Positions 9,870 to 17,883 of a stretch of DNA of 64,000 nt are shown one piece after another. The DNA is from Devosia sp. (lineage in GTDB: Bacteria > Pseudomonadota > Alphaproteobacteria > Rhizobiales > Devosiaceae), in NCBI RefSeq assembly GCF_035944845.1, contig NZ_DASZAW010000043.1, forward strand, positions 3,232 through 67,231, read 5' to 3'. Numbering within the stretch: the stretch's first letter is position 1; each line of letters opens with the position of its first letter. A model generated the notes under the pieces. That model did not search any database. It saw only the letters and a program-made list of their open reading frames with translations, and was not told the DNA's origin. The position numbers were made by a program, and so were the translations under genes.

Positions 9870-10870
9870 CGCCGGATCCTCGGGTCAAGCAGTGGGTAGA
9901 TGAGGTCGACGAGGAACAGCAGCACCGCGAGCGAGACGATCAGCATCAGCACCACGCCCTGGATGACGAAGTAATCCTGGCCGCGGATCGCGACATAGAG
10001 GAGCGAACCGAGTCCTGGGTAATTGAAGATCACCTCGACCAGCACGGCGCCGGACACCACCGAGCCGAGCGACAAGGCCAGGGCGGTGACCTGGGCGAGC
10101 AGTGCATTGCGCATGCCGTACCAGACGAAGATGCGCTGCGGGTGCAGCCCCTTGGCTTCGGCGAAGGTGATGTAATCTTCGCCCAGGACCGAGACCATCT
10201 GGCTGCGCATGCCGAGGGCCCAGAAGCCGATATTGCCGAGGATAATGGCGAGGCAGGGGAGGAACGCGTGCCGCAGGATATCCTCGGTGGTGGCCCAGTC
10301 GAGCCGCATGATGCGGGTGGTGTCGACGCCGCCGGCGGGTGGGAACCACTTCAGCACCACGGCGAAGAAATAGATCAGGATGATGGCGAGCAGGTAGAAC
10401 GGGATCGAGGTCAGGATCATCATCAGCGGCACGATCGACTTGATGGTGCGCCCCGATCCCGGCCAGGCCAGCCGGGCGCCGAGGAGCGAACCGACGCTGA
10501 AGGCGATCAGGGTGGCGACCGCCAGCAGCGTCACCGACCAGGGCAGCGCATTGCCGATCATGGTCGAGACCTTCTCGGGGAAGTTGGCGAACGACACGCC
10601 GAGATCGAGCCGGAACAGGTCGAGCCAGTAGTTGAGGTACTGCTCGAGGATCGGCGCATCGAGCCCGTACTTGGCGCGATAAGCGGCCGACACGGCCTGG
10701 ATATCGACATTCTGCGCGCCGCCAGTGGTCTGCAGCCGGGCCAAGGCGGTCTGCACCGGATCGCCGGGAAGGAGGCGCGGAATGATGAAGTTGATGCTCA
10801 CCGCGACGAAGACGATCAGCAGCAACTGGCCGAAGCGGGTGGCGAGGTAGCGGAGGAGTTCGCGGCTCAT
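9866..10870 (-). CDS. PepT-family ABC transporter permease (DppB/OppB-like)
   Basis: N-terminus MSRELLRYLATRFGQLLLIVF is typical of DppB. Start ATG at 10870; the upstream 25 codons in the ORF track translate repeat A1. Confidence 0.9.
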   Translation of the reverse strand: MSRELLRYLATRFGQLLLIVFVAVSINFIIPRLLPGDPVQTALARLQTTGGAQNVDIQAVSAAYRAKYGLDAPILEQYLNYWLDLFRLDLGVSFANFPEKVSTMIGNALPWSVTLLAVATLIAFSVGSLLGARLAWPGSGRTIKSIVPLMMILTSIPFYLLAIILIYFFAVVLKWFPPAGGVDTTRIMRLDWATTEDILRHAFLPCLAIILGNIGFWALGMRSQMVSVLGEDYITFAEAKGLHPQRIFVWYGMRNALLAQVTALALSLGSVVSGAVLVEVIFNYPGLGSLLYVAIRGQDYFVIQGVVLMLIVSLAVLLFLVDLIYPLLDPRIRR

Positions 10871-10918
10871 CGGAGGACCAATTCGGTGGTGGTGCACCGC
10901 AAACACCAAATACTCGAT

Positions 10919-10996
10919 GTCATCCCTGCGAAAGCAGGGACCCAAGCCTCCGCCAGCGCCAGCCGATAGTTGGGTCCCTGCTTTCGCAGGGATGAC
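10919..10996. repeat. Family A palindromic element, copy A1 (paired hairpins TCCCTGC-GAAA-GCAGGGA / TCCCTGC-TTTC-GCAGGGA)
   Basis: Read directly. Sits between the family-5 binding-protein stop (11089) and the permease start (10870). Confidence 0.9.
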
Positions 10997-11044
10997 ACCG
11001 GTGGGTGTTGCACTACTCAGTCTCCCAGGAACTGTTGGTCAGGT

Positions 11045-11071
11045 CGCGGGCGGCAGTAAATGCCGCCCGCG
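11045..11071 (-). other. GC-rich hairpin (11-bp stem CGCGGGCGGCA/TGCCGCCCGCG, 5-nt loop) directly downstream of the family-5 binding-protein gene
   Basis: Read directly. No U-tract follows, so it looks more like an mRNA-stabilising or attenuating hairpin than a canonical terminator. Confidence 0.6.
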
Positions 11072-11088
11072 GAGGTCGAGGCCGGCGC

Positions 11089-12870
11089 TTACTGCGCGCC
11101 GGTGGGCTTCAGGTTGTGGATCACCACGTTGAACGCTTCCCACGGGGTGTACGGGGCAACGTACGGGTCGGCCGCGGACGGCCAGCCGGTCCAGTAGGTG
11201 TTGTTGAAGGTCACCACATGGTACTCCTCGAGCATGTCGATCTGCGGCAGGTCGCGCAGCGCGATGTCGAGGGCCGCGACGGCGTTCTTCATGTACTCGG
11301 AGTTCGGATCGGTATCGGCCGGGACGGCGTCCATGGCATCGATCAGCTTGTCGTATTCCGGGTTCATGTAGCGTGAGGCGGCGATGGCGTTCGGGATGTT
11401 CTCGCCGAGCGGCCGGGCGAACTTCGAATGGTAGTGCTGCAGGGTCTCGAGCGGTTCCGACAGGCTGCCGCAATGGACGAAGATCATGGTGTCGAAGTTG
11501 CCCGACTGGATGTCAGGCAGCCAGGTATCGTCCACCGGAGCCTGCACCGCATCGAAGCCGGCGTTCTTGAACTGCTGGGTCAGCGGGGCGAGCGTCGGCT
11601 GGATAAAGGCCGGGGTGCGCACCGTGACGGTCAGCGGCTTGCCATCCTTGGCCCAGAGGCCATTGGCGTCCTTGGCGTAGCCTGCCTTGGTCATGTACTC
11701 CTCGACCTTGGCCGGATCGGGATTGTCGAGATTGTACTTGTCGAGCACGGCCTTGAGCGGGCTGCCCTCGCCGAGCCAGGTGCCGGCCATGTAGTTGGAG
11801 AAGGCGAAGGTCACCGGCTTCTGGCCGCCTTCGTAGCCGATGTCGTTGATGGCGGCGCGGTCGATGGCATAGTTCATCGCATAGCGGACGTTCACGTCGT
11901 TCCACGGCTCACGCATCTGGTTGAACACCAGCGAGTAGTCGCAGCCATCGGGAGCGCCCCAGTTCGGGCCTTCGGCGTTCCACGAGCTGAGCTTGTCGTT
12001 CTGGGCGCGGGCGGCCTCGAAGGTGCCGATCAGGAGCTGGCGGCCACCGTCGATCTGGTTGGCGATGTGCAACTGGCCCATCGCGTCATCGCTCGATACC
12101 GGGACGAGCGTGATGCGCTTGGGGGCCGGCAGATCCTGGAAGCCGACCTTGGCGCCCCACCAGTCGTCGCGACGATCGAAGATCTCCTGCTGGTTGGTGG
12201 TCGAGACCAGCTTGTAGGCGCCGGTGCCGACCGGCCAGCCCTTGGCCGGGTCGTAGTTGGTGAAGGTCGCGATGTCCTGACCTTCCCAGATATGCTTGGG
12301 CAGGATCGGGTAGTGGTTCTCATGGCCAAGGGCCAGGAAGTCGCGCACGAAGCGCGGCGCGGCCTTGGTGAAGTTGATGGTGACGTTCAGCGGATCGACG
12401 ACGGTGACATCCTTGATCCACTCCTTGAACGCTGCCGAGCCGCCGACTTCCGGCGGGGCATCGCGCACCGCCTCGAGGGTGAACTTCACGTCGTCGGCGG
12501 TGAACTTGGTGCCATCCGACCACTCGACGCCGTCACGCAGCTTGATCGAGGCGCTCATGAAGTCCGGAGCATACTCGAAGCTCTCGGCCTGCCAGGGGAT
12601 CAGCGTGCCGTCGTTGAGGTTGGTATAGAACAGCGCCTCGTTGATGGTGATCTGCATCACATCGCGCTGGTGGGTGACCGAAGTCAGGTAGGGGTGCCAG
12701 TTCTCGGTATTGGCGAACTGCGCCGGCTGGTCGCCCCACGGGGTCAGCACCAGGGTTTCGTTGCGCGGCATGTCGGCCACCTGCGCGAGCGCGGTCGATG
12801 CCAACAACGGCACCGCCAGCAGCGCGATGGCGCCGCCGATGAGGTGCTGCTTGATGGATGCACGGTTCAT
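11089..12870 (-). CDS. ABC transporter substrate-binding protein, family 5 (peptide/oligosaccharide type)
   Basis: Signal peptide MNRASIKQHLIGGAIALLAVPLLASTALAQV, family-5 motif GTGAYKLVS, 593 aa. The ATG at 12870 is preceded by GGAGGAGG. The ORF-track extension to 13086 translates repeat A2. Confidence 0.9.
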   Translation of the reverse strand: MNRASIKQHLIGGAIALLAVPLLASTALAQVADMPRNETLVLTPWGDQPAQFANTENWHPYLTSVTHQRDVMQITINEALFYTNLNDGTLIPWQAESFEYAPDFMSASIKLRDGVEWSDGTKFTADDVKFTLEAVRDAPPEVGGSAAFKEWIKDVTVVDPLNVTINFTKAAPRFVRDFLALGHENHYPILPKHIWEGQDIATFTNYDPAKGWPVGTGAYKLVSTTNQQEIFDRRDDWWGAKVGFQDLPAPKRITLVPVSSDDAMGQLHIANQIDGGRQLLIGTFEAARAQNDKLSSWNAEGPNWGAPDGCDYSLVFNQMREPWNDVNVRYAMNYAIDRAAINDIGYEGGQKPVTFAFSNYMAGTWLGEGSPLKAVLDKYNLDNPDPAKVEEYMTKAGYAKDANGLWAKDGKPLTVTVRTPAFIQPTLAPLTQQFKNAGFDAVQAPVDDTWLPDIQSGNFDTMIFVHCGSLSEPLETLQHYHSKFARPLGENIPNAIAASRYMNPEYDKLIDAMDAVPADTDPNSEYMKNAVAALDIALRDLPQIDMLEEYHVVTFNNTYWTGWPSAADPYVAPYTPWEAFNVVIHNLKPTGAQ

Positions 12871-12964
12871 AATGGTCCTCCTCCGGCCGGTTCGCGGCCA
12901 CTCGTTGAATTGCTCCGAGGCGGGGCAGGGCCTCGCCACCTGGTCGCTTCTCCTCGCGGGTCCC

Positions 12965-13069
12965 CCATCCACCGGGTCATCCCCGCGAAAGCGGGGACCT
13001 CCGTTTGCGATGGTGCGGCAGGCGAGAAAACAGAGGTTCCCGCTTTCGCGGGAATGACCCGGTGGATGG
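12965..13069. repeat. Family A element, copy A2 (stem variant CCCCGC/GCGGGG; outer inverted repeat CCATCCACCGG/CCGGTGGATGG)
   Basis: Read directly. Sits between the RhmD-like stop (13099) and the binding-protein start (12870). Confidence 0.9.
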
Positions 13070-13098
13070 GATGAGATCCCGCCCACCGGCCTCGATAC

Positions 13099-14283
13099 TC
13101 AGAGCGCCATCTTCTCGATGGCGTCCTTGCTCAGTCCGTGGCCGAAGCCGGGCTCGTCGCTGACCACGACGTAGCCATCCCTAGGGACGGCCATGCCGGG
13201 ATAGTTGTTGGTGTGCTTGAGCGGGATACCGGGGGCGCCGCCGACGAAATACTCACCCCAGCGCGAGTTGGGCGCCGAGTAGTTGAAGTGCTGACCATAG
13301 GGCGTGTTCATGCCGGCATGGCAGATCACTTCCAGGCCCGAGGCATCGGCGATGGCGGTGATCTTCTGCACCGCGGTGAAGCCGCCGACCCAGTTGATAT
13401 CGGGCTGGAAGATATCGACGACGCGATCCTTGGCCGCCTCGAAGAAGGTGTAGGGGGTGTACCAGTGCTCGCCGGTGGCCAGCGTCTGCCAGGGCAGGCG
13501 TTCGCGCAGCGCCTTGTGCGAGGTGTGATCCTCGGGGATCAGACAATCTTCCATCCACTTGAGGTTGAACGGCTTCAGCCGATGCGCGAGGCGCACAGCG
13601 AACTCGACGTCGAAGGCCATCCAGCAATCGAGCATCAGCTCGACGTGCGGGCCGATCAGTTCGCGCGCCTTGCCGACAAAGGCTTCGTTCTTGTCGAGCG
13701 CTTCGAGCCCATCGGCGGTGCCGTAGGGGCAGGCGAGCTTGGTGGCCTTGAAGCCCAGCTCCATGTGCCAATCGGTATCGTTGCCGGTGGCGTAGCAGAA
13801 CTGCTTGTCGCGGGCTGCGCCGCCGGCGAGCTCGTATACCGGCAGCTTCAGCACCTTGCCCTTGAGGTCCCACAGCGCCAGGTCGATGCCGCTGATGGCA
13901 TAAGAGGCAAGGCCCGAGGAGGAGTAGGGGGAGGTGATGCGCATCATCATGTCCCACAGCTTCTCGGTGGCGAGCGCGTTCTCCTCATGCAGCAGCGGGC
14001 CGATATGGTCGTTGATCAGGCTGATGGTGGGCTGGCCGTAGCCGGTGACGCCGAAGCCCCATGAGCCGTCATCGGCGGTGACGATGACACCGACCGCCGG
14101 GAAGGCATTGTTCCAGCTCGAGCGCAACGCCTTGTAGCGCGGGTAGCGCGACATCGGGTTGGCGACTTCGGCATCCTTGGTCCAGGGCGGCCGGCGCGCC
14201 GTGCCCTTGTCCTTGCCCTCGTCGTAAATGCCGCCGGCAATCGGGTTGGTGATGGCAAAGGCTTCGATACTCTTGATCTTCAC
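13099..14283 (-). CDS. Enolase-superfamily acid-sugar dehydratase, L-rhamnonate dehydratase (RhmD)-like
   Basis: Close resemblance to E. coli RhmD as I recall it: IDLALWDLKGKV..LPVYELAGG, LMLDCWM, NLKWMEDCL, ATGEH, QPDINWVGG. Confidence 0.85.
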   Translation of the reverse strand: MKIKSIEAFAITNPIAGGIYDEGKDKGTARRPPWTKDAEVANPMSRYPRYKALRSSWNNAFPAVGVIVTADDGSWGFGVTGYGQPTISLINDHIGPLLHEENALATEKLWDMMMRITSPYSSSGLASYAISGIDLALWDLKGKVLKLPVYELAGGAARDKQFCYATGNDTDWHMELGFKATKLACPYGTADGLEALDKNEAFVGKARELIGPHVELMLDCWMAFDVEFAVRLAHRLKPFNLKWMEDCLIPEDHTSHKALRERLPWQTLATGEHWYTPYTFFEAAKDRVVDIFQPDINWVGGFTAVQKITAIADASGLEVICHAGMNTPYGQHFNYSAPNSRWGEYFVGGAPGIPLKHTNNYPGMAVPRDGYVVVSDEPGFGHGLSKDAIEKMAL

Positions 14284-14382
14284 TCAAAATCTCCTGGTCG
14301 TCGTATTTGGTCGGGCGCCGGCGGCGGCAGGTCAGTTGGGGATGCAGGGCGTTCGCCTAGGCGGCGCGTGCACTGGCCTCTC

Positions 14383-14520
14383 GGTGCTCCTCCACCGTGA
14401 AACGGGGGAGGGGGACCGCCGAAGGCGGTGGAGGGGGCGGCAGGATGCGCCGGTGTGTGTGGTCGCCCCCTCCACCAGCTTCGCTGGTCCCCCTCCCCCG
14501 CTGCGCGGTGGAGGACCACT
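14383..14520. repeat. Family B element, copy B2
   Basis: Read directly. Sits inside the minus-strand operon between the amidohydrolase stop (14537) and the RhmD-like start (14283). Confidence 0.9.
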
Positions 14521-14536
14521 GAGAATCTGGTGCTCC

Positions 14537-15427
14537 TCATGTCTGATCGCCGGGGATGCGGTAGAACTTTCGCGCATTGTCACGGAACAGCCCGGCGCGC
14601 TCGGCTTCCGAGGCGCCTTCGGTGATCTTGGCGAAGGCCTTCCAGAGCGTTGGGAAGGTGCTGGTCAGCTTGTCGACCGGGAAGTTCGAAGCGAACATCG
14701 CCCGCTCCGGCCCGAAGATTTCGAGTGTCTCCAGCACCAGCGGCCGGAAGCTCTCGGTGGTCCATTGGCGATCGAGCATGCCGAGGCCGCTGATCTTGAC
14801 GGCGATGTTGGGGCGGGCGGCGAGCTCACGCATCCCAGCCTTCCAGGCTTTCCAGCCCGCAAGGTCGCGGTCGGCCCACATGCCGGCATGGTTGAGGATG
14901 ATCTGGGTGTTGGAGGCAACGCCGGCGAGCTTGGCTGCCTGCGTCATCTGGTGCGGGTAGAGCTGCAGATCGAAGCTGAGGCCGCGGCGGCCCAGTTCCT
15001 GCAACCCGCCGATCCAGCCCGGCTCATCCATCAGGTCGCGGGTGATGTAGTTGAGCTTGGGGTCGGCGTGCCGGTTCACCACCTGGCGGATGCCGCGCAT
15101 GATCGGAAAGCCGGAATGGCGGTCGAGCAGGGCGCCGAAATCCGGCGCCGCGAGGTCGCCATGCGCCACGAGCACGATCGGCACCGGGCTCCGATCGGCC
15201 ACCGCCTGCAGCGTTTCGGACTCCTTCACCGGATCGGTAGGGAAGGCCTCGACATGCACCGCGCCGGTGATCTCGATCTCGTCGCCGCCTTCCTCGAGAT
15301 ATTCCTCCAGCAGGTAGCTGCGCGAAATGGCGGCATTGGCACCGCCTTTGCCGGGCTTCTCAAAATGCGGGTAGATGCGGGTCCAGAGGTCCCACAGGTG
15401 GATATGCGGATCGACGACTTTCAGCAT
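14537..15427 (-). CDS. Amidohydrolase_2 (cog3618) family protein, sugar lactonase-like
   Basis: N-terminal VDPHIHLW metal motif and the general layout of cog3618 lactonases. I prefer the ATG at 15427 (MLKVVDPHIHLW), 7 nt after the mutarotase stop. Confidence 0.85.
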   Translation of the reverse strand: MLKVVDPHIHLWDLWTRIYPHFEKPGKGGANAAISRSYLLEEYLEEGGDEIEITGAVHVEAFPTDPVKESETLQAVADRSPVPIVLVAHGDLAAPDFGALLDRHSGFPIMRGIRQVVNRHADPKLNYITRDLMDEPGWIGGLQELGRRGLSFDLQLYPHQMTQAAKLAGVASNTQIILNHAGMWADRDLAGWKAWKAGMRELAARPNIAVKISGLGMLDRQWTTESFRPLVLETLEIFGPERAMFASNFPVDKLTSTFPTLWKAFAKITEGASEAERAGLFRDNARKFYRIPGDQT

Positions 15428-15434
15428 CTGAGCC

Positions 15435-15740
15435 TCAATCCAGCCGGAACACTTGTTCGACCGGCCAGGCCTTGGGTCGGGCATCCTCGTGGGTCTCCAT
15501 GTGGGGCTCCATCCACTTCCACCACTTCAGCACCACCGGATCGACGCCCTCGGTCTGCGATGGAGCGTTGTCGGGCTTTTCGAGATAGGCAAAGAGCAGC
15601 AGGTCGTAGCGGTAGATGGTGTAGTTGGAGACGCCCTGGCTCTTCAGCAGCGCCACCATTTCGGGCCAGATTTCGTCGTGCTTGCGCTTGTACTCGGCTT
15701 CCTGGCCGGGCTTCAGCTTCATCACCCATGCTGATCGCAT
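15435..15740 (-). CDS. L-rhamnose mutarotase family (RhaM/DUF718) protein
   Basis: About 100 aa; KLKPGQEAEYKRKHDEIWPEM ... YTIYR ... matches the RhaM fold signature. The start may be M1 (15740) or M7 (15722). Confidence 0.85.
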   Translation of the reverse strand: MRSAWVMKLKPGQEAEYKRKHDEIWPEMVALLKSQGVSNYTIYRYDLLLFAYLEKPDNAPSQTEGVDPVVLKWWKWMEPHMETHEDARPKAWPVEQVFRLD

Positions 15741-15759
15741 CGTCGTAAGTTCCCTTGGA

Positions 15760-16551
15760 TCAGGTTGTCGATGTGGCGAGCGCCCGCTCGCCGGCCTGCG
15801 GCGGCGGCCACTGGCCGCTGTAGCCGAGCCGCTTGCTGACGGTGCTCGCTGCTTCGTTGAGGAGATCGACCTGCGGCTGGATCGCAGCGCCGGGCGCCTT
15901 GGGGGCCGGGCCGGAAATCGAGATGGCGCCGACCGGGCGGCCGAGGCGGTCGACGATCGGCACGCCGACGCAGAACACGCCGACCACCACTTCCTGATTG
16001 TCGATCGAGTAGCCGCGCTTGCGGATGCGGGCGAGCTCGGCGCGGAGCTCGGTGGGGTCGGTGATGGTGTAGCGCGTGAACGTTGTCATCGGCTGGTCGA
16101 ACACACGCTGCTGGTCGGTCTCGCCGAGGAAGGCGAGGATCGCCTTGGCGCTGCCGCCGCAATAGAGCGGTCCGCGCGCGCCGATGCGCCAGTCGAGTTG
16201 CATGTTCTCGTTGCCGCGCACCTTGTCGATGCACACGCACCCCTCGCCGCTCAAGACGTTGACGTTCACGGTCTCGCGGGTCTTTTCGGCGATCGCTTCA
16301 CAGAACGGCCGGGCCAGCCGGGGAAAGGCGACGCCATCGAGCTGCAGGTCGGTGATCGCCAGCAGCCGGTAGGACAGTTGCCAGCCGCCCTCGGCATTAC
16401 GTTCCACCACGCCCTCGTCGCTCAGATCGATGAGCAGCCGATGCACCGAGCCGACCGGCAGGCTGAGTTGCTGCGCCACGGCGCGCACCCCGAGTCCACC
16501 CTTGCGGGCAAGCAGGTCGAGAACCTGGATGGCGCGCTTGATGCTCGACAT
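15760..16551 (-). CDS. IclR family transcriptional regulator
   Basis: N-terminal wHTH (IKRAIQVLDLLARKGGLGVRAVAQQLSLPVGSVHRLL) plus an IclR effector domain. Confidence 0.92.
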   Translation of the reverse strand: MSSIKRAIQVLDLLARKGGLGVRAVAQQLSLPVGSVHRLLIDLSDEGVVERNAEGGWQLSYRLLAITDLQLDGVAFPRLARPFCEAIAEKTRETVNVNVLSGEGCVCIDKVRGNENMQLDWRIGARGPLYCGGSAKAILAFLGETDQQRVFDQPMTTFTRYTITDPTELRAELARIRKRGYSIDNQEVVVGVFCVGVPIVDRLGRPVGAISISGPAPKAPGAAIQPQVDLLNEAASTVSKRLGYSGQWPPPQAGERALATSTT

Positions 16552-16621
16552 CTAGCGCCCCGCGCTCCGGCGTTCGCTGGCCGCGGTGTGCATAACTTGA
16601 CAACCCCTCTGCTTGCCTTCC

Positions 16622-16722
16622 CCACCGGGTGTCATCCCAGCGAAAGCTGGGACCCAACTCGCCGTCGGGCTCGAGCTGCGAGATGGATCCCTGCTTTCGC
16701 GGGGATCACGCCGAGTGGGTGG
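16622..16722. repeat. Family A element, copy A3 (stem variant CCCAGC/GCTGGG in arm 1)
   Basis: Read directly. Lies upstream of the IclR gene 15760-16551. Confidence 0.9.
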
Positions 16723-17067
16723 AGGACATGGGGTATCCCACGACGCTCCTACGGCGGTGTCGTCAGTCCATCGCTCGAACAGCAGCGTGTCCACGCTTGC
16801 ACTTACCGGATCGCAGGCAAACCTCCGGCATTCACGCCCCACGCCCTAGACGTCAGGTGCGTGCTGAACCGCACGGCTTGCCGCTTGACCGGCCTCCCTC
16901 TCCTCGAAGCCGCAGACCCCCGATTTTTGTTCCATGGGTGGAATGCAGCGTTCCAATAGTGAACGCCTTCACCCGAGGTGAGTCAACCGAGAACGGTCTA
17001 AGACTTACGTCGCGTGGTCGGTAAGTGCTTGTTCGGATTAGATATATTCTACCATGTGGAACGCAGA

Positions 17068-17679
17068 TCAGGCGAGCCCGGCGAACGGCTCGCGCCACGC
17101 CTCGAGCTGGTTCAGCCGATCATGCCAGCGCCGGATGTTACCGTAACCAGCAATCGGGATGCCAGCCGCTTCGGCAAAGGGCAGGGTGGTGGCGACACGG
17201 AAATCGGCATAGCTCAGCCGGCCGCCGACCAGCCAGTCACGCCCTGCAAGCACCCGGTCGAGGATCGGGCCAAGCTGGCGAAGATCCGCCTCGGCTTCGG
17301 CGAGCGCCGCGACGTTGCTGGTCCAGCCGGGCACGTCGACCATGGTGACGTTTTCGAAAACATAAGTGCCGCCGGCGCGGGTGAAGTGATGGGCGCTCCA
17401 GCTCACCCATTGCAGCATCTCGTCGAGCCGGTCGAGCTGCCAGAAATCCGAGCCGGTGAGCTTCGCCAGGCGCAGCGTGATCGCATCGGTCTCCCACAGG
17501 CTCGTGCCGTCGTCTTCGACCAGCACCGGCGCCAGTGTGTTGGGGTTGAACGGCCGGATCATCTCCTCGTCGGCGCCCTTGGGCTGGATACGAATAAACT
17601 CGACCGGCGCCTCAAGGTAGCGCGCCGTGGCTACGGCGACGCGTGGGTTGATGTTGTGGGTGTAGTAGAGCCTGCGCAT
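17068..17679 (-). CDS. Glutathione S-transferase family protein
   Basis: 203 aa. Thioredoxin-like N-domain (NPNTLAPVLVEDDGTSLWETDAI) and a helical C-domain. Confidence 0.8.
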   Translation of the reverse strand: MRRLYYTHNINPRVAVATARYLEAPVEFIRIQPKGADEEMIRPFNPNTLAPVLVEDDGTSLWETDAITLRLAKLTGSDFWQLDRLDEMLQWVSWSAHHFTRAGGTYVFENVTMVDVPGWTSNVAALAEAEADLRQLGPILDRVLAGRDWLVGGRLSYADFRVATTLPFAEAAGIPIAGYGNIRRWHDRLNQLEAWREPFAGLA

Positions 17680-17883
17680 GATCGAGCCTTCCGGAAAGCG
17701 GCGCCACCACGGCGCCTTCTCGGTTGGTCGATCATGTCATGCGCCATTCGACATCGTGGTCTCAGCAGTTCGAGGCATTTCACATCCCGAGCGACGCCGC
17801 TCCGCCAGCCGGCCGTGCTGCCTGGTTGGTAGCAGCGACGGCGGGCTTGTGCAGCGACATCAGGAAGTGTGCTCCAGCCGACA

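Noticed and set aside
17806-17845. Imperfect hairpin GCCGTGCTGC...GCAGCGACGGC downstream of the RraA-like gene as an intrinsic terminator
   Set aside because: The stem has a bulge and no U-tract follows on the transcribed (minus) strand, so support is insufficient.
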